A stretch of 64,000 bases of DNA from Amoebidium appalachense (taxonomy: Eukaryota; Protista; Ichthyosporea): the NCBI GenBank assembly GCA_963693365.1, contig CAVNZM010000005.1, positions 2,033,842 through 2,097,841 of the forward strand, written 5' to 3'. A program made the translations under genes and the position numbers. This document shows, in pieces, positions 35,853 to 50,893 of this stretch (the first letter of the stretch is position 1; every line of letters begins with the position of its first letter). The notes below the pieces were generated by a model. That model worked only from the letters and a program-made list of their open reading frames with translations, had not been told where the DNA came from and ran no database searches.

Positions 35853-37234
35853 GGGAGGCGATGTGACTCCGCTGGGGCTGCTGCCCACCGAAAACGCGGT
35901 ACCGGTTGTATATGTAGTTGATGTGAACACAGTCTATGTGCACAGCATAAAGTACAGTGGACGTCCTTTGGCAAAGGCTGGCCATTCCGCCCAGCGGGCA
36001 CGCGATAGCGATAAATTTACACCCTCGTTCCTCCACGAAAAAAATGCGGGTCATGCTTATATTTATACCAGTATTTGAACACAGGCAGGCTGGTAGAGAT
36101 AGTTATATTCACCACTGACATCTTATGTAATACTATGCCTATACTCGCTAAAGCCGGCACGTGCCACGAAGACGACACGTACACCGTAGCAACTGCACAC
36201 AACTGCACACGTTACAGCAGCGATTGGCACATCGGTTCAGGGAAACTATGGCGGTCTTTATAACACGTGACTTTCTTCCACTTAAAATCTGCTTTGTTTT
36301 CCTTTCGAAATAAATACACTGTACTTGCATGTTTTTGGGATCATTTTTGTTGAGAAATCAGTTTTTTTTAATATAATTTAGATAGAAGATATATTTTGTT
36401 TGGATTGTTTCTCATTCATATTATATGTTTGTCGCTGCAACCTCGTATACCTCTACATTGCTAAAGTTCTTGACCAATTATAAGGGATTAGAAATCAGCG
36501 GAAATGCGCGGTGCCGTCTCCGCCAATCACTATTCACCAATGGAATCGCGTTTTGTTATTATCAGAAAACGATTAGATTGGATGAGAGATGAGGCCATTA
36601 GCAATTGGCGCTAACATCTATTTGGATCTGAGATCAAAACGTAGCTCACAGCTATTGTTCGACTGGCGAGGATGCTACATTCGTCCTTTCCAGTCCTAGC
36701 CCCCTATGTGTAGCATTTTTTCTTTTTTTTAAAAAAAATAAAATAAAATAGTGAACTTTCTCTCTGAGAAAGTGATTTGCAACACGTCCTTTTCTTTACA
36801 CATGATGGGCACTTAGATTCTTTGAGCGTCCTGGCAGCTCATACTGATATTGGTCAGATGTCACGTAGATCTATTCGTTGCTTTCTAACTATCCAATCGG
36901 ATTTCGTTATGGGTGGAAAAGGAATGAGTCCCCTTTTCTCAAGTAAACAGACAAACATGGAGACAGGAGACTCGAGACTAGTCATACCCAGCTTACGGCC
37001 CTCTTGTGAAGACGTACAAGCTGCCAACTACTTGAATAACCAAAACCCGGCACATACCGACGATTTGATATACTTTCAAGAATACATAAACCGTTCACCT
37101 CAAACGCCAAGCGCAACACCCCCGCTACGTACGCCCACACTGCACGCAGGTTGTCCACATCAAAAAGCTTTGCTGCATTAGCATTACACCACCCATGCCT
37201 TTGACCCCATAAACGAACTGCCTATACATACAAA

Positions 37235-39067
<1,833 letters not shown>

Positions 39068-39733
39068 ATAAGTTACTAAAGACAGCATTTCTATTGGATA
39101 AACTAATACGAATTAATAACATGACCAAGTTATATATTAAAATAGCATTGAATGTTTTAATGTGGCACAGGAAAACCTCAGGGTGTAGCTAGCGGTAGTG
39201 CTACGTCTCTGAACGATCTTCGTTGTATTCAAAGTACTTTTGGTCCAAATAGGTGTTGGCCGTAACTTTCCTTCTGGTAATATTCGGTCACGAATGAATG
39301 ATTAAACCTTCTTTATTAGCCTTTGTTGGTACTCCGGATCCTGGACCATGTGTCTGTTTTTAACTCGCGAATGGATGTAGCTAGCTATTGTTAATTTTTG
39401 TTTGGGGGTTGGTGGCCAGATGGCAAACATGCCGCCAGCTGTGACCTCACTCTAGGCATTCTTCGCACATGTGCTTTATAGTACTCGAACACGGTATTCG
39501 GACCGGGTAGTTTTCTTCTCTGTTTGTATTTTCTCATATTTAGTTGCCGACACTGTCTGAGCTCGAATATCCCGCTTCTTCTTTGAGCTTCTTTTTGTCG
39601 TGCTAAGGTTGTCAATGAACCTATGCTCATGCATAAAATACACTCTAAAAAAAATAAAAGTGGTGAACACCATATAAATTGTTACAGTTCTTTTCTTCTG
39701 TAGTATAGTATTGCATGTTCCGTGCACTCCGGA

Positions 39734-39777
<44 letters not shown>

Positions 39778-40009
39778 ACCCCTCCCCCAGCGACACCCCT
39801 TCCCTTTCCACAAAAAAAAAAAAAAAAAGAAAAAAAGATCGAAAAAAGATGCCTCTGATCCACCTACAAACCTCTAGCTCCAGCTCTCCTCTTCGAAACT
39901 CCTTCCTCGGCACAAAACCACTTTACTGCCTAGTGGAAGGCTGTTTGCGTGTGTGGGGAAGGGGGTTAAGTGTGTGTGTGTGTGTTTGGCAGGGGGGGGG
40001 GGGGGGGTG

Positions 40010-40139
<130 letters not shown>

Positions 40140-40324
40140 CGCGCGTGCGGGCGCGTGTGTGGCAGGGTTAGAGAGGTACCACCGGCATACATTTGAACCC
40201 CAGTGTTTGAACTTTTAGTCTCTATATTGCATCTGGTATCGACATGGATGTACATGACATCAAGCTGAAGCAGATCCTAAGTCCATATCCACACAGGGCG
40301 AAGCAAACCGGGAAATACCAATAA

Positions 40325-40856
40325 GGGCCCAACCACATCGGCTGAGTCAACTTGCTTTGAGCAGAATTATTCTGCACAAAGCAGAACTTCGTTCGGCAAA
40401 AGCAGAACTATTCAGCAAAAGCAGAAATATTTTTTAAAAGCAGATTCAATCTTCTCAAAAGGAGAATTATTCTGCAAAAGCAGATTCAATCTGCTAGAAG
40501 CAGAATTATTCTGCTAAAAGCAGATTTATCCTGCCTTTTAGAATTATTCCGCCAAAAGCAGAATTTTTCTGCTAAAGGCAGAATTTTTCTGCTAAAAGCA
40601 GAATTTTTCTGCTAAAAGCAGAATTATTCTGCTTTCGACTTCTGCTTTTTGCAGAATAATTCTGCTAAAAGCAGAATAATTCTGCAACAAGCAGAGTGAT
40701 TCTGCTTTTGCGGAATACTTTTGCTAAAAGCAGAATAATTCTGCTAAAAGCAGAGTGATTCTGCTTTTGCAGAATAATTGTGCTTTTTGCAGAATAATCT
40801 GCCTTTGCAGAATGATTCGCTTTTTGCAAGTTGACTCTGCCGATGTGGTTGGGCCC
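40325..40856. mobile_element. PIF/Harbinger (Tourist-like) MITE with an internal palindromic repeat array
   Basis: 31-bp TIRs GGGCCCAACCACATCGGCTGAGTCAACTTGC and GCAAGTTGACTCTGCCGATGTGGTTGGGCCC (1 mismatch), flanked by TAA and TCA. The interior is ~20-bp units built on GCAGAATTATTCTGC. Confidence 0.8.
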
Positions 40857-41812
40857 TCAAATATGCATCGATCATCAGGCATGGCCATCAAGCTGTGTGA
40901 CCGTATATGCTATCAATGGCATACTATGCCCAGGTATACTGTTGAATAAGATCAAGTCGGTGCCGCTCGGATGATTAAATACCTCAGGGGGACTCCCGGA
41001 TACGGAGTGTGTAAATGGAATTCCAGTTGGTGTGTTCATCTACCTCACCGTTACGTCCAAAACATTCATATTTATGTGCCAAGGCCAGGCTGAGGTTGTG
41101 AGCATGATACTGTGTGCCCGTGTATATAACGAGAAAACCTGGTGCCTGTGCAAGGTGTTAAATTTCTATGTCTACCTGCACACCCCATCCGGACCCTTCC
41201 ACAAATACATCTCCCTACGGTCACCATTCCTCCCCCCCCCCCCCCCCCCCCCCCCCCCCACCCCCCCCCCCTCCCCCCCCCCCCCCCCCCCCCCCAGGGC
41301 CTCCTCAGATTATTAGCACCAATCATTTCATTAGTGTTAGCATTAGTGCCGGATGAGCAGTTATTCCTTTTGGGACTGGAGTGGTATTAGCAGACATAAA
41401 ATAGTATAGGAATGTTATATTTATTTGCAGTATCTTCTTTAGGTGCTTATGCCGTTCTATGATCTGGGTGAGCAAGGTACCCCCCCCCCCCCCCCCCTCC
41501 CCCCCGTCCCCCCCCCCTTGAGCTCCCTCGGCCGGACTCGGCATTAGGGGCTCTATTATCATAGCATGGCATAATCATTATGTGACATGCTCTTCTATTA
41601 TTCCAGTGGAGAAAACAAAATGGCCGCACGAGGAAAAGGAATATTAACATATACTGAATCAAAAGGGGTTTATCAAATATGTAGGCTCATTCGTAAACCC
41701 CCCCGGTGATACCTCCACATGCACGAGGAACGACTTTAATAATGTAATCATGTTGTATCCTTAGGCCTAGGAGCATGGGGTGTACGGGATTCTTGATCAT
41801 ATTCAGAATTGG

Positions 41813-41854
<42 letters not shown>

Positions 41855-42479
41855 GGTTGTGGAGAAGGAGGAGCGGGGGAGGGGGAGGGGGGAGGGGGGA
41901 GGGAGAGCACATGATATCGAAAGACGTAGATAATCCCCACCTAAGGTGAAAACATGCGGGTTACTGTGGTACCCTTCCCCCCCCCCCCCCCCCCCCCCCC
42001 CCCACCGCCCCACGCCCCACCCCCCCCCCCACGCCCCCCACCCCACCCCCCACCCCCACTCCCCACCGCAAAAAAAAAATTAAAAAAAATAAAAAAATAA
42101 ACGCTACCGCACCCCACGTGCACACCGGCCCCCAGCCCCCTTTCCGGATCCCCAAGCTATCTACTAGCCCGGTAGTACAGCCTGGGGGTTGGTGCACGTG
42201 CCTCCCCCCCCCCCCCCCCCCCTCCCCCCTCACGGCCTCTCCCCCCCGCTTATCCCGAATTTCGAACGGGTAAAGGCCGGTGGTTTGAAATTCCACCTGC
42301 GCCGCTTTAAGACCGGCTGCCCCCCCCCCCCCCCCCCTCTCTTCCCGTCTCCCTCCCGTGCGGCTTCCTCGTGCACATCCCAAGGGGGCTCTCCCTCTCC
42401 CCCACCTATAGCTACCGAAATATTCCCAGATCAAGCGTTTCAAATTTGCGACCCCGACATCAGTGACGTCGTGCCCCCC

Positions 42480-42521
<42 letters not shown>

Positions 42522-42930
42522 CCCTCCCCCCCTCCCTCCCCTCCCTCTCCCCTCCCCCCTCCCCCCCTTCGGCCTCCCCCTCCTCCCCCTCCGCCCTCCT
42601 GCGAGATCTTCCCCCGGGCGCTGGCCCCCCCGCCTCCGAGGCTGCCTTTCTTTTTCTAGATATGTTGTGTGCGATCATGTGTGTGCACGCAAGTGTTTGT
42701 CAGACACTGTGTGTTTTTCATGCAGTACACGTTTGTGTGTTTTGTTTATTGTGTGCGTAACGGCGCGTACACGTGTACACATGTGTGTGTGTGAACGTGT
42801 GCGGGTGTGTACACACGGCCACGCACACTTGTGGGCGTACTTAGATGGGTCCGCGCGTGCATGCGTGCGTGCGTGCGTGCGTGCATGCGTGTGTGTGCGC
42901 GCGCACGCGCGCATGCGTGTGTGTGTGTGT

Positions 42931-42977
<47 letters not shown>

Positions 42978-43281
42978 CGTGCGTGTGTGTGTGTGTGTGC
43001 GTGTGTCTCAGTATATACGTGTTTGCACGCGTGTTTAGAACATTTCTCTGTTGTGTGTACCTACCTACTTGTGTCACGGTAGGGAATCATTGATTCGGAA
43101 ACAACACCAACATTACTAACCGTATATGGTTAGTTACCTGCCAAATAAAGCTCATAGAAGATCCGCTAATATTGATTGGCGAACATCTGCCATCACACTC
43201 ATGTCTAATGGCTTGATATCATGCAGTCCATCTAGCCGCTTTCAGGCACCTTCCCGCGGCCGCGCTGTGTGCAGTGGGCAC

Positions 43282-46200
43282 CAAGGCCTCCTAAATAGCA
43301 CACCGGGCCGAGGCACGAGGTCGTCACATATGAGAAGTGACGTCATTAAGAGTAGGGTTAGCTTCCAGCCGAATCCAGCGAAATGATTGGCCAACTGAGG
43401 AACGCGCGAAACCCAGTAAAGGCGATTTTGATTGGATAGAAGATTTTTGACTGCCATTTAGTGATTGGACAATGCAGCAAATGGCGGGCTTTTGGTGTTC
43501 TTTGTATACTCGGGAAATTGTGGGGTACCAACATTAAGGATAAGGAAAAACCAACAATATTAGTATCTAATCTGTTTTAATAGCTTTATGAAATAACAGA
43601 TACGTCAAAGCGCTCATTTATTTAACATTTAAATGGTTTATGCCGTTTTGTTTGGCGTTTAAAATATAATTTTAGGGAGTTATTGTAAGGGGTTAAGACT
43701 TTAAGTTGACGTAAGTACAATTACTTCATCAATCCCCATCGATCTCTCGTTGTGATCTAGGGGGCTGTGTGCCGGCCGCTTGTGTTGCTGCTACAAGTGG
43801 AAAGGTAACTATTTCTTTGCCACCACTTTACGTGAAGTGCTCCTGCATTATATATAAAAAAGGCTGGGCAGTGCCACTTTGGCCACGCCCAGCCGCTACG
43901 CAGATGCCAAGATCTTGTGCTGTCTACGGCTGCACAACTAATTACAAAGGGCACGAGAGTGCATCTTGTTTTGCTTTTCCTAACAAAACTAAAGAGCCCG
44001 AACGTTTTCACAAGTGGGTCAGTTTCTGCAAACGCCAAGACTTAACGGTAAGTAGTAACACAAGCTGTATAGGTATTTGTATCAAACATTTTAGGCCCGA
44101 ACAACTTGACCTAGGTTTTGACTACAAAGATCCTAAAACAGATATATCTCGGTTTATTAAACATTCCCACCCGAGGTGCAAAGAGAATCAGATTCCTTGC
44201 ATATTCAACACAGAACTGAATATAGTCATAGAGGAAAAGACACCCAGGAGAAACCCAGAGGATAGACGAGAAGAGCAAAACAAACGAGCAAAGCTCCAGG
44301 AAGAGGCTGAGAAGGCCCGGCTAGAACAACTTGACACCATACACTCGTTCAGCGAGTTGTGCGACAACTTCTTAGACCGTCTAAATAGCGTAGGCACGCT
44401 GGGGCTCTGGCAAGTCACACAAACGAGCAGTGAAAGCATACAAGCGGTACTGCTGACAACAGTTACCCCGTCATTTCCCGGCGGGGTGCCCTTTCCCTTT
44501 GTGGGGGCAGTGGTAACTGTTGACCATAACCTTTCTGCAGTGCCTGTTGTGCACACACCGTCTGTGTTTGGGGCTACATCTTATTCGGTTTCGGCTGACT
44601 CGCACACGTCACATTCTATATCTCGGTGGTCCAAGTTGTACCAGTTACTTCATTCGTGCAAGGAGAAGGCCAACTCAGCAAAGCCAAGCCCGTGCACTCA
44701 ACCTTTGTGCTTCGATAAGCACGTTGGTTATGCACTCTGGGCCACCTTTTTTTTTGGGAAACTATAATTAACACTCGGGTTTTAAATGTTTGCAGATAGC
44801 CCTTGTGGAGTATCTAAAGGACGACCTCAACTGGGTCTACGTTCTTCTGGGCAAGATTATGACCGACCAGTTGGAGGGTCGGTTTGGACACTACAGGGAA
44901 ATGAACGGAGGCAATTACCACATTTCCACCCGCCAGGTAGCCTCTTCCCTCCACCCTTGTTCTCCCCCCCCCCCCCCCCCCCCCCCTTCCTCCTCCCCCC
45001 ACTCCTTTTTTTCTGAGACAATTTTTCAGAGTCCCTCCCCCTCCCCCCCCCTCCCCCTCGTTCCCAACCAACACCACCAACACCACCACCATCCACCCCC
45101 CCACCCCCTCCCTTTTCCCCTCCTCCCCCCCCCCCCCCCCCCTTCTTTTTTTTTTCGGATCCTAGAAGGCTTACCCCCACCTTCCTTCTTTAAACATCAA
45201 TTGCCAAAAGAAGTAATCCTCCCCCCCCCCCCCCCCCCCCCCTTCACCCCCCTCCCTTTTCCACCTCCATTTCCCAGATCCCCTCCTTACCGACACAAGC
45301 ATTGCATTAACTTGCATACACCCAAATCAGCCGGCTGCAGCTGGCAACTATTTATGGTCTGTGCGGTGCTCTTCATCTGCACAGTTGTAAATCAGGATAA
45401 TGCCAAGCTAACGGAAGGTGTGATATTGAACAGGTGCTTGAGTCTGAGCGGCGCATCCGGCTCATCAACCTCTTCACGTTCCGCCGGGGCACGGGCAAGG
45501 CCGTGGGCATCAGCACTCTCAAGCAGGCCGTCAAGTTCAACGAGACTGCCCTGCTGGCCAAGCCTGCCGTGGAACTGGACGTTCTGCTGCAGCCCTTCTC
45601 CAGCATTGGCGCTCTGTTGGCTGCCATCACCGTCCCCAACAAGAGCGTGGTCGTCTTTCTCGCCGGCTACGCCTGCTTCAAGACGGGGCGGGGCTGCAGC
45701 TGCAAGCAGTGCCGTGGGCGCTTGTTCAGCAGCCGCCGCCTGGTGGTGGAGATCCCAGCCAGCGTCAGAGCCCAGCTTGGGCCGCACGTCATCGACACGT
45801 CATACCTGGAGGCCATCGACCGTGGGGGGCTTTCTACTCCCTCCTACGCGGCCTATGTGGTCGCGGAGACCACTGTGCGCGTGATGGAGTGCCTCACCAG
45901 CAAGGAGCTGGAGGGCAAGTTTCTGCACGCCGGCTCCCACCGCCTGCTGGTTCACACGCTCGCGGTTCAGCACGCCAAGAGCCGGCCGGAGACAGAGACA
46001 ATTCGAGGCATTACTTGTGAGGAGTGCGGGGAGGACACGGCGCAGTACCTCGACGGCATCGCCATGAGAATGACCAACATTTTGCTCAACAACTACACCA
46101 AGGAACGCAACGCGAAAAAGAAAACACCAACCAACAAGCCAAACCGGCAAACCAAGAAATACGAGGGTGCATCAACCGGTTTATTGGCGGCGCACGCCGC

Positions 46201-46505
46201 GGACCACACGGCCCCAGCGCCAGCGACGACGTGGAGGCTGTGCTCGAGGAGGAGGACTTCGACGTTTTCTCGTTTTTGAACGACGACGCACTGGGTGCGT
46301 TGTGTGAGACTTAGGCAGTTATAGGCAGTGATGATTGCGTCTGGTAGTTTAGCGTAATGTTTGCACAAGTTTTGCACTAAAATTAGTCTGATGTAGGCGA
46401 CCCCGGAGGGGCACGTAAGATTTCAGTTTTCGATCACCCTACTCTTTACACGTAATCTGGAGTATTAGTCTATTGCGTGCCTCGGCCCGGTGTGCTATTT
46501 AGGAT
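43282..46505 (+). mobile_element. P-element-superfamily (THAP) transposon, internally deleted
   Basis: 29-bp inverted repeats TCCTAAATAGCACACCGGGCCGAGGCACG (~43289-43317) and CGTGCCTCGGCCCGGTGTGCTATTTAGGA (46476-46504) enclose THAP and P-transposase coding sequence. No clean target-site duplication is visible. Confidence 0.8.
43904..46279 (+). CDS. THAP-domain protein fused to a P-transposase C-terminal region (exons 43904-44722, 44796-44936, 45434-46279; ~600 aa)
   Basis: THAP zinc finger MPRSCAVYGC...FAFP...WVSFC...ICIKHF...IPCIF; P-transposase motif YVLLGKIMTDQLEGRFGHYREMNGGNYHIS; FLAGYAC and IDRGGLSTPS. Both introns are phase 0 GT-AG, and a TATA-like TATATAAAAA lies ~45 nt upstream. Confidence 0.75.
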
Positions 46506-46757
46506 CTGTGTGCTCGTTTGGACCAGTGTACATGTAAAGCTGGGCTGTAGAGCATTCAACTTGTATATATTGTAGCATGGGGAAGAGGCACAATCTTGAC
46601 TTTTAGACCGACACTTACTTTCCCTTCCAATAGCATTTTGATTGTCGGGCACCACAACGGGTGACGCAAAAGTCAAAAACACAACAGCTCTCTACGACAC
46701 GGTACACGCACAGCATAATTGATACTCTATCAGATATCCCATGTTCTAGCGAAAGAA

Positions 46758-48434
46758 ATGGAGGACAGCTCAGTCAAAGAAAAATTGGCTTCCACAGACG
46801 TGCCTGATAACGTTCTTGAAATAGCACCGTCAAACGGGGAGGGAGCTAGTTCTTGCACCAACACTGACGTGCTGGCTAGCGAACAACCTCACTCACCCGT
46901 TCCATCTTTGAAGGCGGAAGCACAAGCAGATAGGGAGCCGAACAACGAGCAAGCCCAAGAAGAGAAGAAAACACAGGGTAAATGGAGGTGGGAGCTACGC
47001 CATAGTCTTTTTCTCGCCCAACTTTTGATAACGTGGTGTGTGCGCATGTGGGAGTTTTCAGTGGCCCTGCTACTCTTGGATCTTTACCCCTCCAGCCTTC
47101 TTCTCCCGGCCATACACGGGCTCGTAGAGTCTACAGCCGTCGTTCTGTTCGGTTCATGGGTAGGGAACATGGTAGACAGGAACAAGCAAATCACCGTTGT
47201 GCAATCCACTATGCTAGCAAACTGTTTCAGTGTTGCTGCCTCCACCGTATTGCTCGTGGTCGGTCTTCATCTTCCTGGAGCGGCAAGCGAACATGCCCTG
47301 TTTCCTGCACTAGTCACAGGTGTGTACATTCTTGCGGCTGTGACCGCGCTTTCTTCTGTGGGGACGGATCTCGCTGTCGCGCGGTTATGGACGAAAGTTA
47401 TCGCGGAGGATCACGATGCGCTAGCCAACATGAACGCGGTGATGCGAAGAATTGATTTGTCCTGCAAGCTGCTTGCGCCTTTGGCAGCCGGTGTCGTTAT
47501 GACGTGGGTGTCGCCAACAGTAAGTGCTATTGTTTTTTCCTCGTGGCAGTTGGTTTCTTTTGTACCGGCCCTCGTACTTTTGCGATTTATATACTTCAAG
47601 GTTCCCGTGCTACAAACGAGACACCTGGAGCTACAGGCGTTGCCTACACAGACACAGGTGCAAGGAAAAGGTTTCGACGTTATTGGGTCGATTCGGGCGT
47701 TCTTTTCGGGTTGGCCCGTATACTTCAAACAGAAGGTTGTGCGGGCGGCGCTGGCCCTTTCGCTTCTTTACATGACGCTGCTTTCGTTTGGCAGTGTTAT
47801 GACGGCATATCTGAAGTTCTACGGTATGTCTGAGGTGATTATAAGCATCACACGTGGCGTGGCGGCACTGTTCGGTCTGACAGCTACGGTGGTTTACGGG
47901 CCCGTGCAAAAGCGGATCGGTGTTGTGCGCACAGGTTTAATTGCCACGTGGCTACAGTCCGGCTGCCTCATGTTGTGCATAGCAGCAACGTTTGTCTCCC
48001 AGGGAAGTGTGCTCTCATTGGGTCTTCTTGTTGCCGGGGTCATAACTTCACGTTTTGGCCTGTGGCTGTTTGACTTGTCCGTTTCTCAAACCCTGCAAGA
48101 AGACATTGAGGAGAGCAAGTTGGCGGAGATAAACGGGGTTCAGTCATCACTCAACAACACACTCCAGTTGGTGGCATATGCTTTGAGCGTTCTGTTTAGC
48201 AAGCCGGAGCAGTTTAATGTATTAACTTACCTCTCTGTTGGGTCTGTGCTCGCTGCCTCTGTGCTCTATTCTTCGTACAGTAGGAAGGTGAGAGGACATT
48301 TGTTGCATTTGGAAAGGGCTCAGCTGTTGTTTGCATGGATAAATCCCTCCGCAAAGAAGCGTAGCTATGGTGGGGTGGATCAAGATGGAATGCAGATGAC
48401 TTCGGAGAGACAGGTGCCCGCTGAGCAAAAGTGA
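46758..48434 (+). CDS. SLC40A1: Ferroportin (SLC40/IREG family) iron exporter, intronless, ~558 aa
   Basis: Family motifs WCVRMWEFSVALLL, GSWVGNMVDR, MNAVMRRIDLSCKLLAP, LLYMTLLSFGSVMTAYL, SRFGLWLFDLSVSQTLQE and INGVQSSL, with multiple hydrophobic segments. Confidence 0.95.
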   Translation: MEDSSVKEKLASTDVPDNVLEIAPSNGEGASSCTNTDVLASEQPHSPVPSLKAEAQADREPNNEQAQEEKKTQGKWRWELRHSLFLAQLLITWCVRMWEFSVALLLLDLYPSSLLLPAIHGLVESTAVVLFGSWVGNMVDRNKQITVVQSTMLANCFSVAASTVLLVVGLHLPGAASEHALFPALVTGVYILAAVTALSSVGTDLAVARLWTKVIAEDHDALANMNAVMRRIDLSCKLLAPLAAGVVMTWVSPTVSAIVFSSWQLVSFVPALVLLRFIYFKVPVLQTRHLELQALPTQTQVQGKGFDVIGSIRAFFSGWPVYFKQKVVRAALALSLLYMTLLSFGSVMTAYLKFYGMSEVIISITRGVAALFGLTATVVYGPVQKRIGVVRTGLIATWLQSGCLMLCIAATFVSQGSVLSLGLLVAGVITSRFGLWLFDLSVSQTLQEDIEESKLAEINGVQSSLNNTLQLVAYALSVLFSKPEQFNVLTYLSVGSVLAASVLYSSYSRKVRGHLLHLERAQLLFAWINPSAKKRSYGGVDQDGMQMTSERQVPAEQK

Positions 48435-49405
48435 AGACTTAACGGTTGTTTGTATCGCTGGTGAGCCATAGTGTATATACTTTGAATGTAAGTGGCTGTT
48501 ATCTTTCGCGCGAGGTAGTTGGCTATTTGGCTGCATACTATGTCTTGGACTAGTTGAATGCTCGTATTTTTCCACTTTCTTTGAATATGCTCTGTTTCGA
48601 CCCCGGCTTTTAAATCATTTGTCCTATTGATCATATCTTTGGATGCGCAGGGCGCGTCTTTTTTCTCGCCACCTCCACCAAATGAATATTCCTACCTTTT
48701 TTACTTGTTTTATATAAACTTTTTCACACATATAAGTGTACAAACGACTTCTTGAAGTATAGCGTTCGAGCGGTGCGTATTTCCACAGCCAGCCCCCCCC
48801 CCCCCCCCCCCCCTCCCTTCCTTTTCCAGGCCCCTCTTACCCTCTCCCCCTCGTGGTTGCGTGAAAGACTTGCATTCCATGACAGTTGCTGGATTCTTCA
48901 AACATGATCATGCATGAGATCAGGCTGATCCCTAACCCTCTCCCCCCCTCCCCTCGCCGGGCCCTCCGAGTCCCGGGGAGGGGTAACCTCTTGGCCGCAA
49001 GTACAAACTTTTGTGCACAGACGACACTACCAATACAAGATTGCAACTTGCACATTTGCAAACGAAGTCCGTGCAGCGCTCCAGACCATTAAGTTACACA
49101 TTCTTTTAGCACCGTTAGGAAATCTCGGAGCCCACCGGGTCCCCCATCCATATAGGCTTATAGATACACACGCATGCACACCAAAATGCCCTCCGCAGCT
49201 GTGCACAATTGGAACTGCCATCCCCCCCCCCACCCCCGCCCCCCTCCCTCCCCTCCCCTCCCCTGTCTTCACCCCGCCCCCCCCCCCCCCCGCCCCTCCC
49301 CTCCCCCAGTACCGTACCCCTGAACTTCCCTCGCGAGCTCTAGCCTCCCCGGCTGACGGTCTTTCTATAGAAGTCGCAGGGCCCCCTGCTCATGAGGCTC
49401 CCGGG

Positions 49406-50102
49406 CAGGGTTTTATGTACCGGACCGTGACGACTACCAATCGACTTGACTACTTAGTCAAGTTTTGGGATTTTGTTGACTATGACTGCGACTAAAGTCA
49501 AGGGTCTTCCAACGACTCCGACTACGACTAAACTGACGACTTTCATATCATGATGGGGGGTAGGCCGGGCCCCCGGAGGGGGGGGGGGGAGGGGGGGAGG
49601 GACAGGGGAAGGGGGAAAGGTGGGGGGAGCTCGAGGGGGAGGGAGGGGGGGGGGGGGGGGGGGGGGGGGGAGGGAGGTAAACTGCCATTGTATATGGCTT
49701 AAAAGAGAAGTTGTCATCTATTTACATTCAATACAAACTTTCCACGCGGGTAAGCGAAAAATAGCTATAGAATTGATCAGTGCACGTACCCTTGCAAGGT
49801 CACCTTAGTTTTAGGTGATAAATTCAGCATGGTCGCGTAGTGTCACTACTTAGTCTCCACTAATTAAGGTGGCTGTTAGAAAAGACGAGATTTTTCGAAT
49901 GCCACTTATTCTGGCATCGATGCCAAAAAGAGAGAGAGAGAGAAAGAAAAAAAAAAAAGAAAAAGAAAAAGAAAAAAAAAAAACCTCTGTATACACTAAA
50001 ACAAAAAAAAAAAAAAAAAAAAAAAAATGCAGAAAACAAATCTAGAACCATCGCCTATCACTGTACCGTAGTAGAACTATGTCCTACATACATCACAGTC
50101 CC

Positions 50103-50143
<41 letters not shown>

Positions 50144-50774
50144 GGGGCCCCATCCCGCTGAGCTCGAGGCTCCCATACTTAAATCCCCCCCCCCCCCCCC
50201 TCGGCCTCCCTCCCTCCCCCCCCCCCTGTCCCCCGCCCCTCCCCCCCAAAGAATGACCATGCTTTCTTGCGCATGCCAGCCTTAGCCTCCTTATCCATCA
50301 CCACCCCCTCCGATCCTCCTTGCCCAGAGCTAGTTTTTCAGGTATGCATGGTCTAAGAGATCGACAACACTTCCCGGCCATGTGCATCAGCAGCGCTGCG
50401 TGGCAGGGCAAACGAATATCTAACTGCGGTTGAGAAAAGCCTAGTGCAGGCCCGGATGCGCGCACATTGGGCCCACAGACTACAGCTGCAGCTCACACAC
50501 ACTGTCTGTGTATGCGTCGAGTGGGCTACCCAGAAATCTGCCAACTGCTGATGAGTAATAAATGCATGTTGTTGTCGGTCCCCCCCCCTTCCCCCCCCTC
50601 TAGCTCTCCCCCCAACCACCCACCCAAAGTCGTGGGGCCTGAAGTCGAAAGTGGCACCCCTCGGTGACTCGACTACGACTACAGGACTTCACAATTTCAG
50701 TGCACGTAGCTACGACAGGCGACTGGTAGTCAAGTCGGCTGCGAGTCCCGGGCCCCGGCAGCTTTCATAACAAC
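49406..50774. mobile_element. Possible decayed non-autonomous DNA element (hAT-like)
   Basis: Inverted 12-mer CGACTTGACTAC (49442-49453) / GTAGTCAAGTCG (50726-50737) and clustered CGACT(A/C) motifs at both ends. The left end begins CAGGGTT. No TSD found. Confidence 0.35.
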
Positions 50775-50893
50775 TACCAATCAAAAGCGGCTCACAAAAT
50801 GTCTCCCCATATATGGCTAAACGTCATTATGCCATAAACAAGAAAGCCAATCAAAACCGGTACCTTACGTCCATGTGAAAATGTTGCAAAAGT

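Noticed and set aside
35100-36330. GA/CTCGAG-rich tract and adjacent short minus-strand ORFs
   Set aside because: No recognisable domain or consistent exon chain could be built.
46515-46540. Iron-responsive element upstream of ferroportin (CAGTGT)
   Set aside because: The flanks TGGAC and ACATG do not form the required 5-bp upper stem.
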